Positions 51,236 to 61,037 of a DNA stretch of 64,000 nucleotides are shown here, piece by piece. Location of the stretch: assembly GCA_963737655.1 (NCBI GenBank), contig CAVTTN010000002.1, positions 1,120,001-1,184,000 of the forward strand. Reading direction: 5' to 3'. The stretch comes from an uncultured Planctomycetota bacterium (GTDB lineage Bacteria > Planctomycetota > Planctomycetia > Isosphaerales > Isosphaeraceae). The notes below the pieces were generated by a model. That model did no database searches. It was not told the origin of the DNA and worked only from the letters and a program-made list of their open reading frames with translations. The translations under genes were made by a program, and so were the position numbers. Position 1 is the first letter of the stretch. Each line of letters begins with the position of its first letter.

Positions 51236-53069
51236 TCCCCAGCAATCCCAGGCCGAGCTGGAGGGTCCGGGCGGTCAGGTCGCAGAGGGCCAGCCGGCTG
51301 TCTCGTCTCGACGGCGATTCGGCCTTCAACACCGGGCAGCCCTCGAAGAACGTGCTGAACTCGTTGGCCAGGGCGAACAGGTAATCCGTCAGGACGTTCG
51401 GCTTCAGGTCGGCCGCCGCGAGCTCCAGGGTCTCCGGCAGACGCAGGATGCGGACGCCCAGGGCCCGCTCGGCCGGGTGGTTCAGGACGATCGGCGGGCG
51501 GGCCGACCGGATCGCCTCGGGGTCGATCCCGCCCTTGCGAAAGATGCTTCGAATCCTGGCATAAGCATATTGAAGATAGGCCCCGGTGTTCCCGTTCATG
51601 GCCATCATCTTCTTCCAGTCGAACACATAATCGCTCATGCGATTTTGCGAAAGATCGGCATATTTGATCGCGCCGATCCCGACGACCTCGGCGACCCGGG
51701 CGCGCTCGGCCTCGTCCAGCTCCGGGCTGTTCTCGTCGATGACCTTCCTCGCCTCGCTCACGGCCTCATCCAGCAGGGATTCGAGGCCGATCACGTCGCC
51801 GTCGCGGGTCTTGTACGGGCGGCGGTCGCCCCCGAGGACGGTCCCGAAGGCGACGTGCTGGAAGTCCGTGCGGTCGTAGCCCCAGCGGCGGGCCACGTCG
51901 AACAGGCCCTTGAAGTGGTCGGACTGGCGGTGATCGACGACGTACAGCACCTGGTCGGGGTCCCACGTCTCGGCCCGGTAGCGGACCGTGGCGAGGTCCG
52001 TGGTCCCGTAGTTGTACGCGCCGTCGCTCTTGCGGACGAGGAACGGGGCTTTTGACCCCTCGACGAACACGGCCAACGCCCCCTCGCTCTCGACGGCCAG
52101 GCCCTTCTCCTGGAGGTCGGCCACGACGTCGGCGAGCATCGGGTCGTAGAAACTCTCGCCGAGCTGGACGTCGAAATGGACGTCCAGGCGATCGTAAATC
52201 CCCCGCAAGGCGTCCAGGCACAGGGGCATGAACCGTTCCCAGAGGGCGCGGTTCTCGGGGTCTCCGGCGTGGAGCTTCGCGGTCTCCTCCCGGGATTCGT
52301 CGGCGACCTTCCGTCCGAATTCGATCACCCGATGGACGTCGGCGAGGCTCAAGCCCGAGCCGTCATAGGTGTTATTGAACAGGGCCTCGGCGTCGGCCGT
52401 CCTGCCCTGGGCCTCCAGGGCGAGCACCTTGCCGTGCTTCTCCTCCAGGTTGTCGGCGGCCTTGATGTGCGACTGGACCGAGCGGTACAGCCGGGCGAGC
52501 TCGGCCACGGGGTCGGCCTCGAACGCCGATTCCATCCGTTCGTGCTTCCAGCCCCAGAGGATCATCCCCATCTGCGAGCCCCAGTCGCCGAGGTGATTGT
52601 CCCGGATGACCTCGTGGCCCAGGGCCTTGACGATCCTCGACAGGCTCTCGCCGATCGCCGTCGAGCGGACGTGCCCCACGTGCATCGGCTTGGCCACGTT
52701 CGGCGACGAGTAGTCGATCACGACCGTCCTCGGAGCCTCGGGCGGGACGATCCCCAGCGCGTCGTCGTCCAGCAGGTCGCCCAGGGTCGAGGAGATCCAG
52801 TCATCCTTGAGGCGAACATTCAAGAATCCGGCGCCGGCGATCTCGGGGCGATCGGCCATCGGCGCGAGGTCGACGGCCTCGGCCACTTTCTCGGCGAGGT
52901 CGCGGGGCTTCACGCCCAGCGCCTTGGCCAGGGGCATGCAGCCGTTGGCCTGGTAGTCGCCGAACTTCGGGTCGGTGCTCGGCCGGACGGCCGAGGCGAA
53001 GGCGGACGGGTCGCCGCCCGAGGGCGTCGCGGCGGCGAAAGCGGCCCGGAGGCGGTTCAGGACGTTCAT
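51213..53069 (-). CDS. argS: Arginine--tRNA ligase
   Basis: 'FGDYQAN', 'DYSSPNVAKPMHVGH', 'HLGDWG', 'GESFY', 'YKTRDG', 'YLQYAYARI'. Confidence 0.96.
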   Translation of the reverse strand: MNVLNRLRAAFAAATPSGGDPSAFASAVRPSTDPKFGDYQANGCMPLAKALGVKPRDLAEKVAEAVDLAPMADRPEIAGAGFLNVRLKDDWISSTLGDLLDDDALGIVPPEAPRTVVIDYSSPNVAKPMHVGHVRSTAIGESLSRIVKALGHEVIRDNHLGDWGSQMGMILWGWKHERMESAFEADPVAELARLYRSVQSHIKAADNLEEKHGKVLALEAQGRTADAEALFNNTYDGSGLSLADVHRVIEFGRKVADESREETAKLHAGDPENRALWERFMPLCLDALRGIYDRLDVHFDVQLGESFYDPMLADVVADLQEKGLAVESEGALAVFVEGSKAPFLVRKSDGAYNYGTTDLATVRYRAETWDPDQVLYVVDHRQSDHFKGLFDVARRWGYDRTDFQHVAFGTVLGGDRRPYKTRDGDVIGLESLLDEAVSEARKVIDENSPELDEAERARVAEVVGIGAIKYADLSQNRMSDYVFDWKKMMAMNGNTGAYLQYAYARIRSIFRKGGIDPEAIRSARPPIVLNHPAERALGVRILRLPETLELAAADLKPNVLTDYLFALANEFSTFFEGCPVLKAESPSRRDSRLALCDLTARTLQLGLGLLGIRTVERM

Positions 53070-53098
53070 CGGTCGTCTCGGATCGAGAGGCGAGGAGG

Positions 53099-53656
53099 TC
53101 ATTCCGAGCCGGCACCGGGGCCGGGCCGGACGCGCGAGGGGTCTCGCCAGTCGATCTGGGGGGCGTCGCCCCAGATCTCCTCGAGGGAATAGTAGACCCG
53201 CGCCTCCTCGGCGAACACGTGGACGACGAAATCGCCGTAGTCGATCAGGGTCCACCGGCCCTCCTCGGCCCCCTCGATCCCCATCTTGTGCTCGCCGACC
53301 TTCTTCATCTCGGCGTCGATCTCGTAGGTGATCGACGACGCCTGCCGCCGAGAGGCGGTCGAGGCGATCACGAAGAAATCGACCAGGGGCGTGGCGCCTC
53401 GGAGGTCGAGGACCAGGATGTCCTTCGCGCGGTTGTCCTCGGCGATCCGGGCGCAGAGCTTGGCGTGCTCCAGGGCGGCGTTGAGCCGGCCGGGGAAGGT
53501 CCGGCCCACGGCCGACGACGGCACCGCGTCCTGGACCTCGTGAGTCCCTCGGAGCCGCTTCGGCAGGCCATTCGCGGCGATCGAAGCGTCTTCGGCGGCG
53601 GGGGCCGGGCTATCATTCTCGGCCGGAACGGCCGTATCCTCGTTCATCTCGGGCAT
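53099..53656 (-). CDS. rsfS: Ribosome silencing factor
   Basis: 'DILVLDL', 'DFFVIAS', 'WTLIDYGDFVVHVF', 'YYSLEEIW'. Confidence 0.92.
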   Translation of the reverse strand: MPEMNEDTAVPAENDSPAPAAEDASIAANGLPKRLRGTHEVQDAVPSSAVGRTFPGRLNAALEHAKLCARIAEDNRAKDILVLDLRGATPLVDFFVIASTASRRQASSITYEIDAEMKKVGEHKMGIEGAEEGRWTLIDYGDFVVHVFAEEARVYYSLEEIWGDAPQIDWRDPSRVRPGPGAGSE

Positions 53657-53806
53657 GCGTCTCAGGTCCCAAAGGCGGACGGCTCAAAAGATCGCGACGC
53701 CAGGCCGACACGACGCCCGGAAAATGGGTTCGTGGGCGGCGAGGGCGCGATCGGCGAACATGGCATTGTATCCCGAAGGCGAGGGGATTCCTATGGGGTG
53801 ATTTCC

Positions 53807-53909
53807 GTAGGGTGCATGCAATGCACCGTCGAGTCGGGCGGGTGAAACCCGCCGGCATGTGGTGGGCGGCCGAGGGCCGCCGCATGTTGGTGCATTTCAT
53901 GCACCCTAC
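53807..53909. repeat. Composite GTAG-type REP doublet
   Basis: GTAGGGTGCATGCAATGCACC...GTCGGGCGGGTGAAACCCGCC...GGTGCATTTCATGCACCCTAC. Confidence 0.9.
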
Positions 53910-56900
53910 TTTCCGGTCGTCACCTGGACCCTGGCCGGCGATCCGGGCGCGTCTTCGAGCTCGACGCGGAGGCCGGAGCCTTCGGTCTTCGGCTTGAGGC
54001 GGAACGTGATCGCGTGGGGGCCGGGGGCGAGGTCGGCGTCGATCATTTCGCCGATGGGGACGCTTTTGCCGTCGATCTGGGCCTCGGCCACCGCCGCGGC
54101 GGGGTCGATCCGGAACCGGACGGTCCCCGGCGTCGAGACGTCCACCGAGAACCCGGCCCGGCCGCTCGGGCCGATCGCCTCGGCGGGCAACGTGCCGTCC
54201 ACCCGGCTGTAGGCCGGCACGTTCAGAGAGGCCGAACCCGGGGCGTCGGTCCTCCACCGCCGGACCAGCCTCGCCTTGCTCACCGAGTACGGCCCGACCT
54301 TGCCGAGCTCGGAGAGGAACCGCACGAGGTCCAGCAATTCGGGCCGGGTCAGGGTTTCCGTGAGCCCGGCGGGCATCAGCGAGCCGGCCTCTTTTTTCGC
54401 CTCGATCGACCCGGCGGGGATCGTCAAATCGCGGCCTTCGGCGTCGCGGAGGACGGTCTCCCGGTCGTTCTCGCGGAGCTTCACCCCGGTCAAGATCCGG
54501 CCGTCGTCGGTGGCCACGGTCAGCGAGTGATAGCCTTCCTTCACGGCCTTGTTGGGCTGCAAGATCGAGTCGATCAGGTAGTCGATCGGGGCGCTCGCGC
54601 CGATCGATTCCAGCCCCGGCCCGACCTGCCCGCCGGCCCCGGCGATGGCGTGGCAGTTCAGGCATTGCAGGGCCGGGGCGCGGAAGATCGCCTCGCCTCG
54701 CGAGGCGTCCCCCTGGGCGATCACGTCGGCGACCATCCGCCTCATCTCGGCGTCAGTCAGGGCGACCGGCTCGGCGGAGAGGCCCCCGGCCTTCGTGAAG
54801 GCTTCCAGGAGCGCGGGTTCGGACCGACCCGACGAGCGGACCGTTCTCACGGCGATTTTCGCGGGGTCGGGCGCCACGGTCTTGCCGGTAAGAGCCCTGG
54901 TGAGCGCCTCGCTGCCGCCCTTCTGGTTCATCAGCCCGGCGACGAGCACGGAGGCGTTGGTCTCCGGGAGCTTCGGGTCGGAGAGCCGCTCGACGGCCCT
55001 CTCGGCGCCGAGGTTCGGATCGATCGCGGCGAGGGCGATCGTCGCGGGCTCGCGGAGGTCCGACGATCGGGCGAGCTCGTCCAGGGCCTTCCGCGAGTCG
55101 TCCCCGCCGAGTCGCGCCAGCGCCATGAACGCCGCGATCCTCACGCCGAACGGCTCGGCCGGGTTCCTCGCCAGGGACAGGAGCTCCGCCTTCAACGCGC
55201 CGACGCCCCAGGCGCCGGCCGCGACGATCGCGGCGGAGCGAACCGCCTCGTCGCCGGGCCCGAGGAGCGTGCCGATCCGCGCCAGGTCCCCTTCGGGCCG
55301 GACCTTGCGGGCCCCGGCGGCGGAGGCCAGCGCCCGGACGATCGCGGCGCGGCGAGGGGCCGGCAGGTCGCTGCTCAGGGCGGCGTCGAACGCGGAGGCC
55401 AGGTCCTTCGGCGTGCCGAGGCTCGCGATCAGCCCGGCGGCGGCGTCTTCGCGGTCGGCCGGGATTTTTCCTTCGCGGAGCGACGCCAGCAACGGCCCGA
55501 CGATCGCCGGGGAACCCGCCGCCCCGAGGACGAACGCCAGCTTCTTCGAATCGCCGCCGAAATCCAGCTTCCCGGCCTGGAGCGCCGGGAGCCAGTGCGG
55601 CTGGAGCTGCCGGGCCGTCAGCCAGAGGGCGTATTCGAGGAACTTGTCGGGCGTCCCGCGATCGAACGCCGTCATGGCGGCTTCCACGGAGCGGACATCG
55701 GGCACGTCGGCCAGGGCGCGGACGGCCTCCAGGCGGACCCGGGGATGCTCGTCCGAGGCCCGGGGCGCCAGCAGGCCGAAGGCGTCGGAAATCCGTCCCT
55801 GCCAGTGAGGGACCACGCGACACGCGGCGGCCCTGGCGCGGAAATCGGGCGACTTCAACACGCTCGCGAGCAGATCGGGCTCGGGCACGTCGATCGTCTG
55901 GTACATCCAGAGCGCTTCCAGCCGGTCGTGCTCGAAATTCGCATCCTTGGGGTCGAGGTTCTTGACCCACTGGGCGAGCTTCGGGGCGACCTCGGCCGCG
56001 CCCTTCTCCTTCATCACCCGCTTGGCGAAGTGGCGGGTGAACCCCTCGGGGGCCTTGAGCGACCCGAGGAGGCTTTCGACCGAAGCCCCTTCCAGCTTCG
56101 GCCGTTCGACGAGAGGACGGTCCTTGGCCGTGACCCGCCAGATCCGGCCTCGGGTGTGGTCGCGCCGGGGATCTCGGAAATCGACCTCGCCGTGCTGGAT
56201 GATCGGGTTGTACCAGTCGGCGATGTAGATCGCCCCGTCCGGGCCCATCTTCACGTCGATGGGACGGAAGGCGCCGTGGGTCGTCTTGATCAGTTCCTGC
56301 TTCTCGCGAGACGCGAAGCCGGAGCCGTCGTCGCTCAGGACGAACCGGCAGACCCGGTTGGCCCGAAAATCGTTCGTGATCAGGTTGCCCTGCCAGTCCT
56401 CCGGCAGGTGCCGGCCCGAGGCCAGCTCCAGGCCGCAATGCTTCGGGCTGCCGGGGTTCAACCCGGGCAGGATGCGGACGGCGTCGGGCGCGGTGAAGTA
56501 GTAGGCGCCGGGGACGATGTAGTTGATCCCCTCGCCGCCGGCGCCGTCGGTGGCGAACGAGGCGCCCCAGGCGTCCTGGGCATAGCCCCAGGGGTTCACG
56601 AGGCCGCGGGCGAACACGTCCAGCCTCATCGTCTCGGGCCGGAACTGCCAGATCCCGCCGCCCCCGAGCCGGCTCGGCCCGTGAGGCGTTTCGATGTGAC
56701 TGTGGATATAAATCGACTGATTGAAGTAGAGGAGGCCGTCCTCGCCCCAGTGGAACGTGTGGATGATGTGGTGGGTATCCTCGGTGCCGAACCCGGAGAG
56801 GACCACGCGGCGGGAGTCGGCCTTGCCGTCGCCGTCGGTGTCCTTGAGGAAGACGATCTCGGTGGAGTTCGCGACGTAGGCCCCGCCGTCGCCGGGCTCG

Positions 56901-57250
56901 ACGCCGGTGGGGATCAGCAGGCCGTCGGCGAACACGCGGGTGGAGTCGGCCTTGCCGTCGCCGTCCTTGTCTTCGAGGACCAGCACCTTGTCATTGGCGG
57001 CCTGGCCCGGCTTGATCTGCGGATAGACCTCGCTCGACGCCACCCAGAGCCGCCCCCGGGCGTCGAAATTGATCCCGATCGGCTTGGCCAGCAGCGGGTC
57101 GGCGGCATAGAGGTTCACCTCGAACCCCGGCGCGACCTGGAACGACTTCCGCTCGACCTCCGGGTCGGGGTCGGGGATCACCGTCAGGTTCCTCTGGGCA
57201 AACGCCGAGGAGGGCAGGGCGATCAGCACGAGGAGGGCGAGACGTCGCAT
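53906..57250 (-). CDS. PVC-type haem-binding CxxCH protein (beta-propeller, HEAT, cytochrome c)
   Basis: 'GFEVNLYAADP..KP..INFDARGRLW', 'DGDGKAD' repeats, 'FRPID...GPDGAIYIADWY', 'CLNCH', 'SLMP'. Confidence 0.9.
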   Translation of the reverse strand: MRRLALLVLIALPSSAFAQRNLTVIPDPDPEVERKSFQVAPGFEVNLYAADPLLAKPIGINFDARGRLWVASSEVYPQIKPGQAANDKVLVLEDKDGDGKADSTRVFADGLLIPTGVEPGDGGAYVANSTEIVFLKDTDGDGKADSRRVVLSGFGTEDTHHIIHTFHWGEDGLLYFNQSIYIHSHIETPHGPSRLGGGGIWQFRPETMRLDVFARGLVNPWGYAQDAWGASFATDGAGGEGINYIVPGAYYFTAPDAVRILPGLNPGSPKHCGLELASGRHLPEDWQGNLITNDFRANRVCRFVLSDDGSGFASREKQELIKTTHGAFRPIDVKMGPDGAIYIADWYNPIIQHGEVDFRDPRRDHTRGRIWRVTAKDRPLVERPKLEGASVESLLGSLKAPEGFTRHFAKRVMKEKGAAEVAPKLAQWVKNLDPKDANFEHDRLEALWMYQTIDVPEPDLLASVLKSPDFRARAAACRVVPHWQGRISDAFGLLAPRASDEHPRVRLEAVRALADVPDVRSVEAAMTAFDRGTPDKFLEYALWLTARQLQPHWLPALQAGKLDFGGDSKKLAFVLGAAGSPAIVGPLLASLREGKIPADREDAAAGLIASLGTPKDLASAFDAALSSDLPAPRRAAIVRALASAAGARKVRPEGDLARIGTLLGPGDEAVRSAAIVAAGAWGVGALKAELLSLARNPAEPFGVRIAAFMALARLGGDDSRKALDELARSSDLREPATIALAAIDPNLGAERAVERLSDPKLPETNASVLVAGLMNQKGGSEALTRALTGKTVAPDPAKIAVRTVRSSGRSEPALLEAFTKAGGLSAEPVALTDAEMRRMVADVIAQGDASRGEAIFRAPALQCLNCHAIAGAGGQVGPGLESIGASAPIDYLIDSILQPNKAVKEGYHSLTVATDDGRILTGVKLRENDRETVLRDAEGRDLTIPAGSIEAKKEAGSLMPAGLTETLTRPELLDLVRFLSELGKVGPYSVSKARLVRRWRTDAPGSASLNVPAYSRVDGTLPAEAIGPSGRAGFSVDVSTPGTVRFRIDPAAAVAEAQIDGKSVPIGEMIDADLAPGPHAITFRLKPKTEGSGLRVELEDAPGSPARVQVTTGK

Positions 57251-57345
57251 GAGAAAAGTCCGCGGAGGAAGGCCGTCCAATCCCGTCGAGCGACTCTAGC
57301 AGGGCCCTCGCCCCTTGCCCACGACCCTCTCCCGGATTTGAAGAA

Positions 57346-57438
57346 GGGGACCGAAACGCAGATCACGCAGATTACGCAGATTGAGAGAAGAGCTTGATTT
57401 CAATCTGCGTAATCTGCGTGATCTGCGTTTCGGTCCCC
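57346..57438. repeat. Palindromic element, ACGCAGATN family, copy 2
   Basis: GGGGACCGAAACGCAGATCACGCAGATTACGCAGATTGA...TCAATCTGCGTAATCTGCGTGATCTGCGTTTCGGTCCCC. Confidence 0.92.
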
Positions 57439-57584
57439 CGCTCCCTCCTGGCTTCCGGAAGGCCCGGGCCCGGGATTCCGGCGCCTTGCGGGCGGGCGAG
57501 GGGCTGTTATGATGCGGGGCCAGGCGCCCGGAGGTCCGGGCCGTTCGTTCTCGATTTCGCCCTTTCGGGAGACGCGCAGAGATC

Positions 57585-58097
57585 ATGGCCGACCACACGA
57601 TGCTCATCGGCGAGGCCCTCGTCGGCGAAGGGAACGAGATCGCCCACATCGACCTCATGATCGGGACCAAGACCGGCCCGGTCGGCGTGGCGTTCGCCAC
57701 CGCCCTGGCCAATCAGTCCAACGGCCACACGAATTTGCTGGCGGTCCTCACGCCGAACCTGGCCGTGAAGCCCTCGACGGTCCTGATCACCAAGGTCACG
57801 ATCAAGGGGATGAAGCAGGCCGTGCAGATGTTCGGCCCCGCGCAGAAGGCCGTGGCCAAGGCCGTGGCCGACAGCGTGGCCGCCGGGGTGATCCCCGCCG
57901 ACAAGGCCGAGGAACTGGTGATCGTCTGCGGGGTGTTCATCCACCCGGCCGCCGAGGACGACGCCAAGATCGAGCAGTTCAACTACGAGGCCACCAAGAT
58001 GGCCATCGCCTCGGCCATGCACGGCAAGCCCACCGCCGCCGAGATGATCGCCGGCAAGGACACCGCCAAGCACCCGTTCGCCGCCAACAAGGCGTGA
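57585..58097 (+). CDS. fae: Formaldehyde-activating enzyme
   Basis: 'IGEALVGEGNEIAHIDLMIG', 'GHTNLLAV', 'QMFGPAQ', 'VFIHP', 'NYEATK', 'HPF'. Confidence 0.95.
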   Translation: MADHTMLIGEALVGEGNEIAHIDLMIGTKTGPVGVAFATALANQSNGHTNLLAVLTPNLAVKPSTVLITKVTIKGMKQAVQMFGPAQKAVAKAVADSVAAGVIPADKAEELVIVCGVFIHPAAEDDAKIEQFNYEATKMAIASAMHGKPTAAEMIAGKDTAKHPFAANKA

Positions 58098-58124
58098 ATC
58101 CCGTGGTCCGTCCATCGCCGAGGA

Positions 58125-58213
58125 TCGGGTGGCATGCCCACGTCCGCGTGGGCATGTCTTCGGACCGGGTCTGACCGAAGACATGCCCACCCGGACGTGG
58201 GCATGCCACCCGA
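58125..58213. repeat. REP-like inverted doublet (GGGTGGCATGCCCAC family)
   Basis: TCGGGTGGCATGCCCACGTCCGCGTGGGCATGTCTTCGG...CCGAAGACATGCCCACCCGGACGTGGGCATGCCACCCGA. Confidence 0.9.
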
Positions 58214-58353
58214 CCAGGCAAGACGGTCCAACCTTCTCGCCCTCGACCCGAGGCAAGGGAGAAGGTTCCTGGCGCCTGCGCCGCGGGTTTCCGACGAGGA
58301 TTCGCCCTCTCCGAACCGAACCGAGCCAAGCCGAACCGAGCCGAGCCGACGCG

Positions 58354-59220
58354 ATGAAGCCGACGATCCTGGTCCAGCTCGACACCGACCCTCAGCCCAG
58401 CGTGTTCGACTCGGTCGTGGCCGTGGATTCGGGGGTCGCCCACCTGTTCCGCCACGGCGGAATCCGGGCCGAGGCCGTTCGCGACCTCGTCCACGGGGCG
58501 TTGTTCACCCGGGGGCCGGCGGATTTGAAGAACACGGCCATTTTCGTCGGAGGGTCGGACGTCCGCGAGGGCGAGGCAGTGCTCCAGGCGGTCCTGGACA
58601 GCTTCTTCGGGCCGTTCCGCGTGTCGGTCCTGTTCGACCCCAACGGCTGCAACACCACGGCCGCCGCCGCCGTCCTGGCGGCTTTGAAAGGGTCGGGCGG
58701 GTCCGTGAAAGGCCGAAAAGCGGCCGTCCTGGGGGCGTCGGGGCCGGTCGGCCAGAGGGTCGCTCGGCTCCTGGCTCGCGAGGGGGCCGAGGTCGCCGTC
58801 GGGTCGAGACGGCTCGATCGCGCCGTGGCCACCGCCGAGGTCCTTCGAACGACCACCGGGGCGACCTTCTCCCCGTTCGCCTCGGGCGAGGCAGACGAGC
58901 CGGCCGAGCCCCTGGAAAACGCCGAGATCGTCGTCTCGGCCGGCGCCGCCGGGGCGCTCACGCTCCCGAAATCGGCCCGCGATCGCCTCGAGCACCTGAA
59001 GGTCGCCATCGACCTCAACGCCGTCCCTCCGCTGGGGATCGAGGGGGTCGAGGCGACCGATCGCGAGAAGTCGCTCGACGGCCTGATCGCCTGGGGCGCG
59101 CTGGGCGTGGGGGCCACGAAGATGAAGATCCACAAGAAGGCGCTTCAGGACCTCTTCACGACCAATGACCGCATCCTGGACGCCGAACAATGCCTGGAAA
59201 TCGGCCGGTCGCTCGGCTGA
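58354..59220 (+). CDS. mtd: NAD(P)-dependent methylene-H4MPT dehydrogenase (MtdA/MtdC-like)
   Basis: 'PSVFD.VVAVD', 'FTRGP', 'AIFVGG', 'FFGPFRVSV..DPNGCNTTAAAAV', 'GPVG', 'DLNAVPP'; follows fae. Confidence 0.9.
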   Translation: MKPTILVQLDTDPQPSVFDSVVAVDSGVAHLFRHGGIRAEAVRDLVHGALFTRGPADLKNTAIFVGGSDVREGEAVLQAVLDSFFGPFRVSVLFDPNGCNTTAAAAVLAALKGSGGSVKGRKAAVLGASGPVGQRVARLLAREGAEVAVGSRRLDRAVATAEVLRTTTGATFSPFASGEADEPAEPLENAEIVVSAGAAGALTLPKSARDRLEHLKVAIDLNAVPPLGIEGVEATDREKSLDGLIAWGALGVGATKMKIHKKALQDLFTTNDRILDAEQCLEIGRSLG

Positions 59221-59248
59221 TCGGTTCGGATCTCGGAGGGAACCCCAA

Positions 59249-60301
59249 GTGCGACGCCTCCTCTCCCCGCTCGTCGCCCTGGTCCTCGGCGCCTCGGTCT
59301 CGACCGTTTCGGCCGCCGACCTGGAAATCTATTTCATCGATGTGGACGGCGGGGCCGCGACCCTGATCGTCACCCCGGATCGCGAGTCGATCCTGATCGA
59401 TTCGGGCTGGCCCGGCCGGGACGACCGCGACCCCAAGCGGATCGTGAGCGTCCTGAAAAACGAGGCGAAGCTCGACCGGATCGACCACCTTGTGACGAGC
59501 CACTGGCACATGGACCACTTCGGAGGGGTCGAAGGGCTGGCGAAGCTCGTCGCGATCGGCCACTTCTGGGACCGCGGCCTCCCCGAAGACCGGTCCCCCG
59601 GCCTGGACTTCCCCGACGGGCCGAAGGCCGACGACCCCCTGGGGATCGCCTACCGGAAGGCCAGCGCCGGCAAGAGGACCGCGTTGAAACCCGGCGATCG
59701 GCTGCCCCTGAAGGGGGCCGAGGCGCTGGTCCTGGCCTCGGGAGGCCGGACGATCTCGTTCTCGCAACGATATCCCGTCCGGGCCGTCCGCGACCTCCCG
59801 GCCAACCCCCTCTGCGAATCCGCGCCCGCCGATTTGCCCGTCGATCCCAGCGACAACGCCCGGAGCCTCGCCCTGCTGATCTCGGCGGGGAGCTTCCGGT
59901 TCCTCGACTGTGGCGACCTGACCTGGAACGTGGAGAAGGCGCTGGTCTGCCCGGCCGACCTGATCGGCAAGGTCGATCTCTTCCAGGTCACCCATCACGG
60001 GATGGACATTTCCAATCATCCCACGCTGGTCCGGACGATCGCCCCGAAGGTCGCGATCATGGACAACGGCCCGAGAAAAGGCGGGTCGGCGGCCACGGTG
60101 AAGCTCCTGAAGGCGACGCCCAGCGTCCAGGCGATTTACGCCCTCCACAAGAACCTCGCCACCGGCCCCGAGGACAACGCCCCGGCCGACCGGATCGCCA
60201 ACGCCGACCCCGCCGGAGGCAAGTTCCTCAAGGTCACGGTCCCGCCCGGAGGAAAGTCGTTCACCGTCTACCTCGGCGACAAGGCGGAGACGTTCAAGTG
60301 A
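59249..60301 (+). CDS. Secreted ComEC/Rec2-type metallo-beta-lactamase fold hydrolase
   Basis: 'YFIDVDGG', 'SHWHMDHFGG', 'GDL', 'THHG'. Confidence 0.85.
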   Translation: MRRLLSPLVALVLGASVSTVSAADLEIYFIDVDGGAATLIVTPDRESILIDSGWPGRDDRDPKRIVSVLKNEAKLDRIDHLVTSHWHMDHFGGVEGLAKLVAIGHFWDRGLPEDRSPGLDFPDGPKADDPLGIAYRKASAGKRTALKPGDRLPLKGAEALVLASGGRTISFSQRYPVRAVRDLPANPLCESAPADLPVDPSDNARSLALLISAGSFRFLDCGDLTWNVEKALVCPADLIGKVDLFQVTHHGMDISNHPTLVRTIAPKVAIMDNGPRKGGSAATVKLLKATPSVQAIYALHKNLATGPEDNAPADRIANADPAGGKFLKVTVPPGGKSFTVYLGDKAETFK

Positions 60302-60312
60302 CGAAAACCCAT

Positions 60313-60363
60313 GTTCGGCGGGTTTCACCCGCCCGACACGACGGTGGATTTCCTCCACCCTAC
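60313..60363 (-). repeat. Composite GTAG-type REP
   Basis: Minus strand GTAGGGTGGAGGAAATCCACC...GTCGGGCGGGTGAAACCCGCC; the second unit is identical to the one in 53807-53909. Confidence 0.85.
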
Positions 60364-61037
60364 AGGTTCAGCTCATACGAATTCGACCGGGGCAGGCTGC
60401 CGCCGACGTCTTCCCATCCGTAGCCGTAAACGCCGATGTGCTGGAGGCGGATCGTGGTATCCGCAACGATCTTGTAGCCGCACCGGCGGACCCGTTCGCT
60501 GAAGGCGAAGTCCTCGCCCAGATAGCGGTGGCCGTCGCGGTCGGGGATGACCATCGGCAGGAAGAACGGGTAGGTCGGCGGGCCGACCCGGCTCCGGCAG
60601 GGCGGCAGTCCGCGGCGGATCAGCTCGAGGTAGATCTCTCGGCGAGTGAAGGTAAATCCGCCCGCGGCGCGGAGGATCTCGATCAACCCCCCGCCGTCGC
60701 CGAACGTGACTCGCGTCGTCCCCGGCAGGAGCTCGCTGGTCAGGTCTTTTTCGACCTTCTTGGGATAGATCCCGCAGCAGATGGGCAGCCCGTGAGACCT
60801 CAACCGATCGACCGACCGGGGGTCGAAGGCGATGTCGGCGTCGATCCACATCAATTCGTCGAACCCCTCGGCCAGGGCGTCGGCGGCCAGGCGATTGCGG
60901 GCCACGTCGATCTGGGAGAAGCCGTAGAGCCGCCGGACCGGGTAGCCCATCGCCTCGAGCTGGCCGAGAGACAGGGCGCAATGCGGCTCGATGTAATACA
61001 ACGCCGGCACGAGGATGGCGCACCGGGAGTTATCCAC
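60360..61037 (-). CDS. Small GT-A fold glycosyltransferase-like protein
   Basis: 'IDVARNRL', DxD 'WIDADI', 'GEDFAF...GYKIVAD....L.HIG'. Confidence 0.7.
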   Translation of the reverse strand: MDNSRCAILVPALYYIEPHCALSLGQLEAMGYPVRRLYGFSQIDVARNRLAADALAEGFDELMWIDADIAFDPRSVDRLRSHGLPICCGIYPKKVEKDLTSELLPGTTRVTFGDGGGLIEILRAAGGFTFTRREIYLELIRRGLPPCRSRVGPPTYPFFLPMVIPDRDGHRYLGEDFAFSERVRRCGYKIVADTTIRLQHIGVYGYGWEDVGGSLPRSNSYELNL

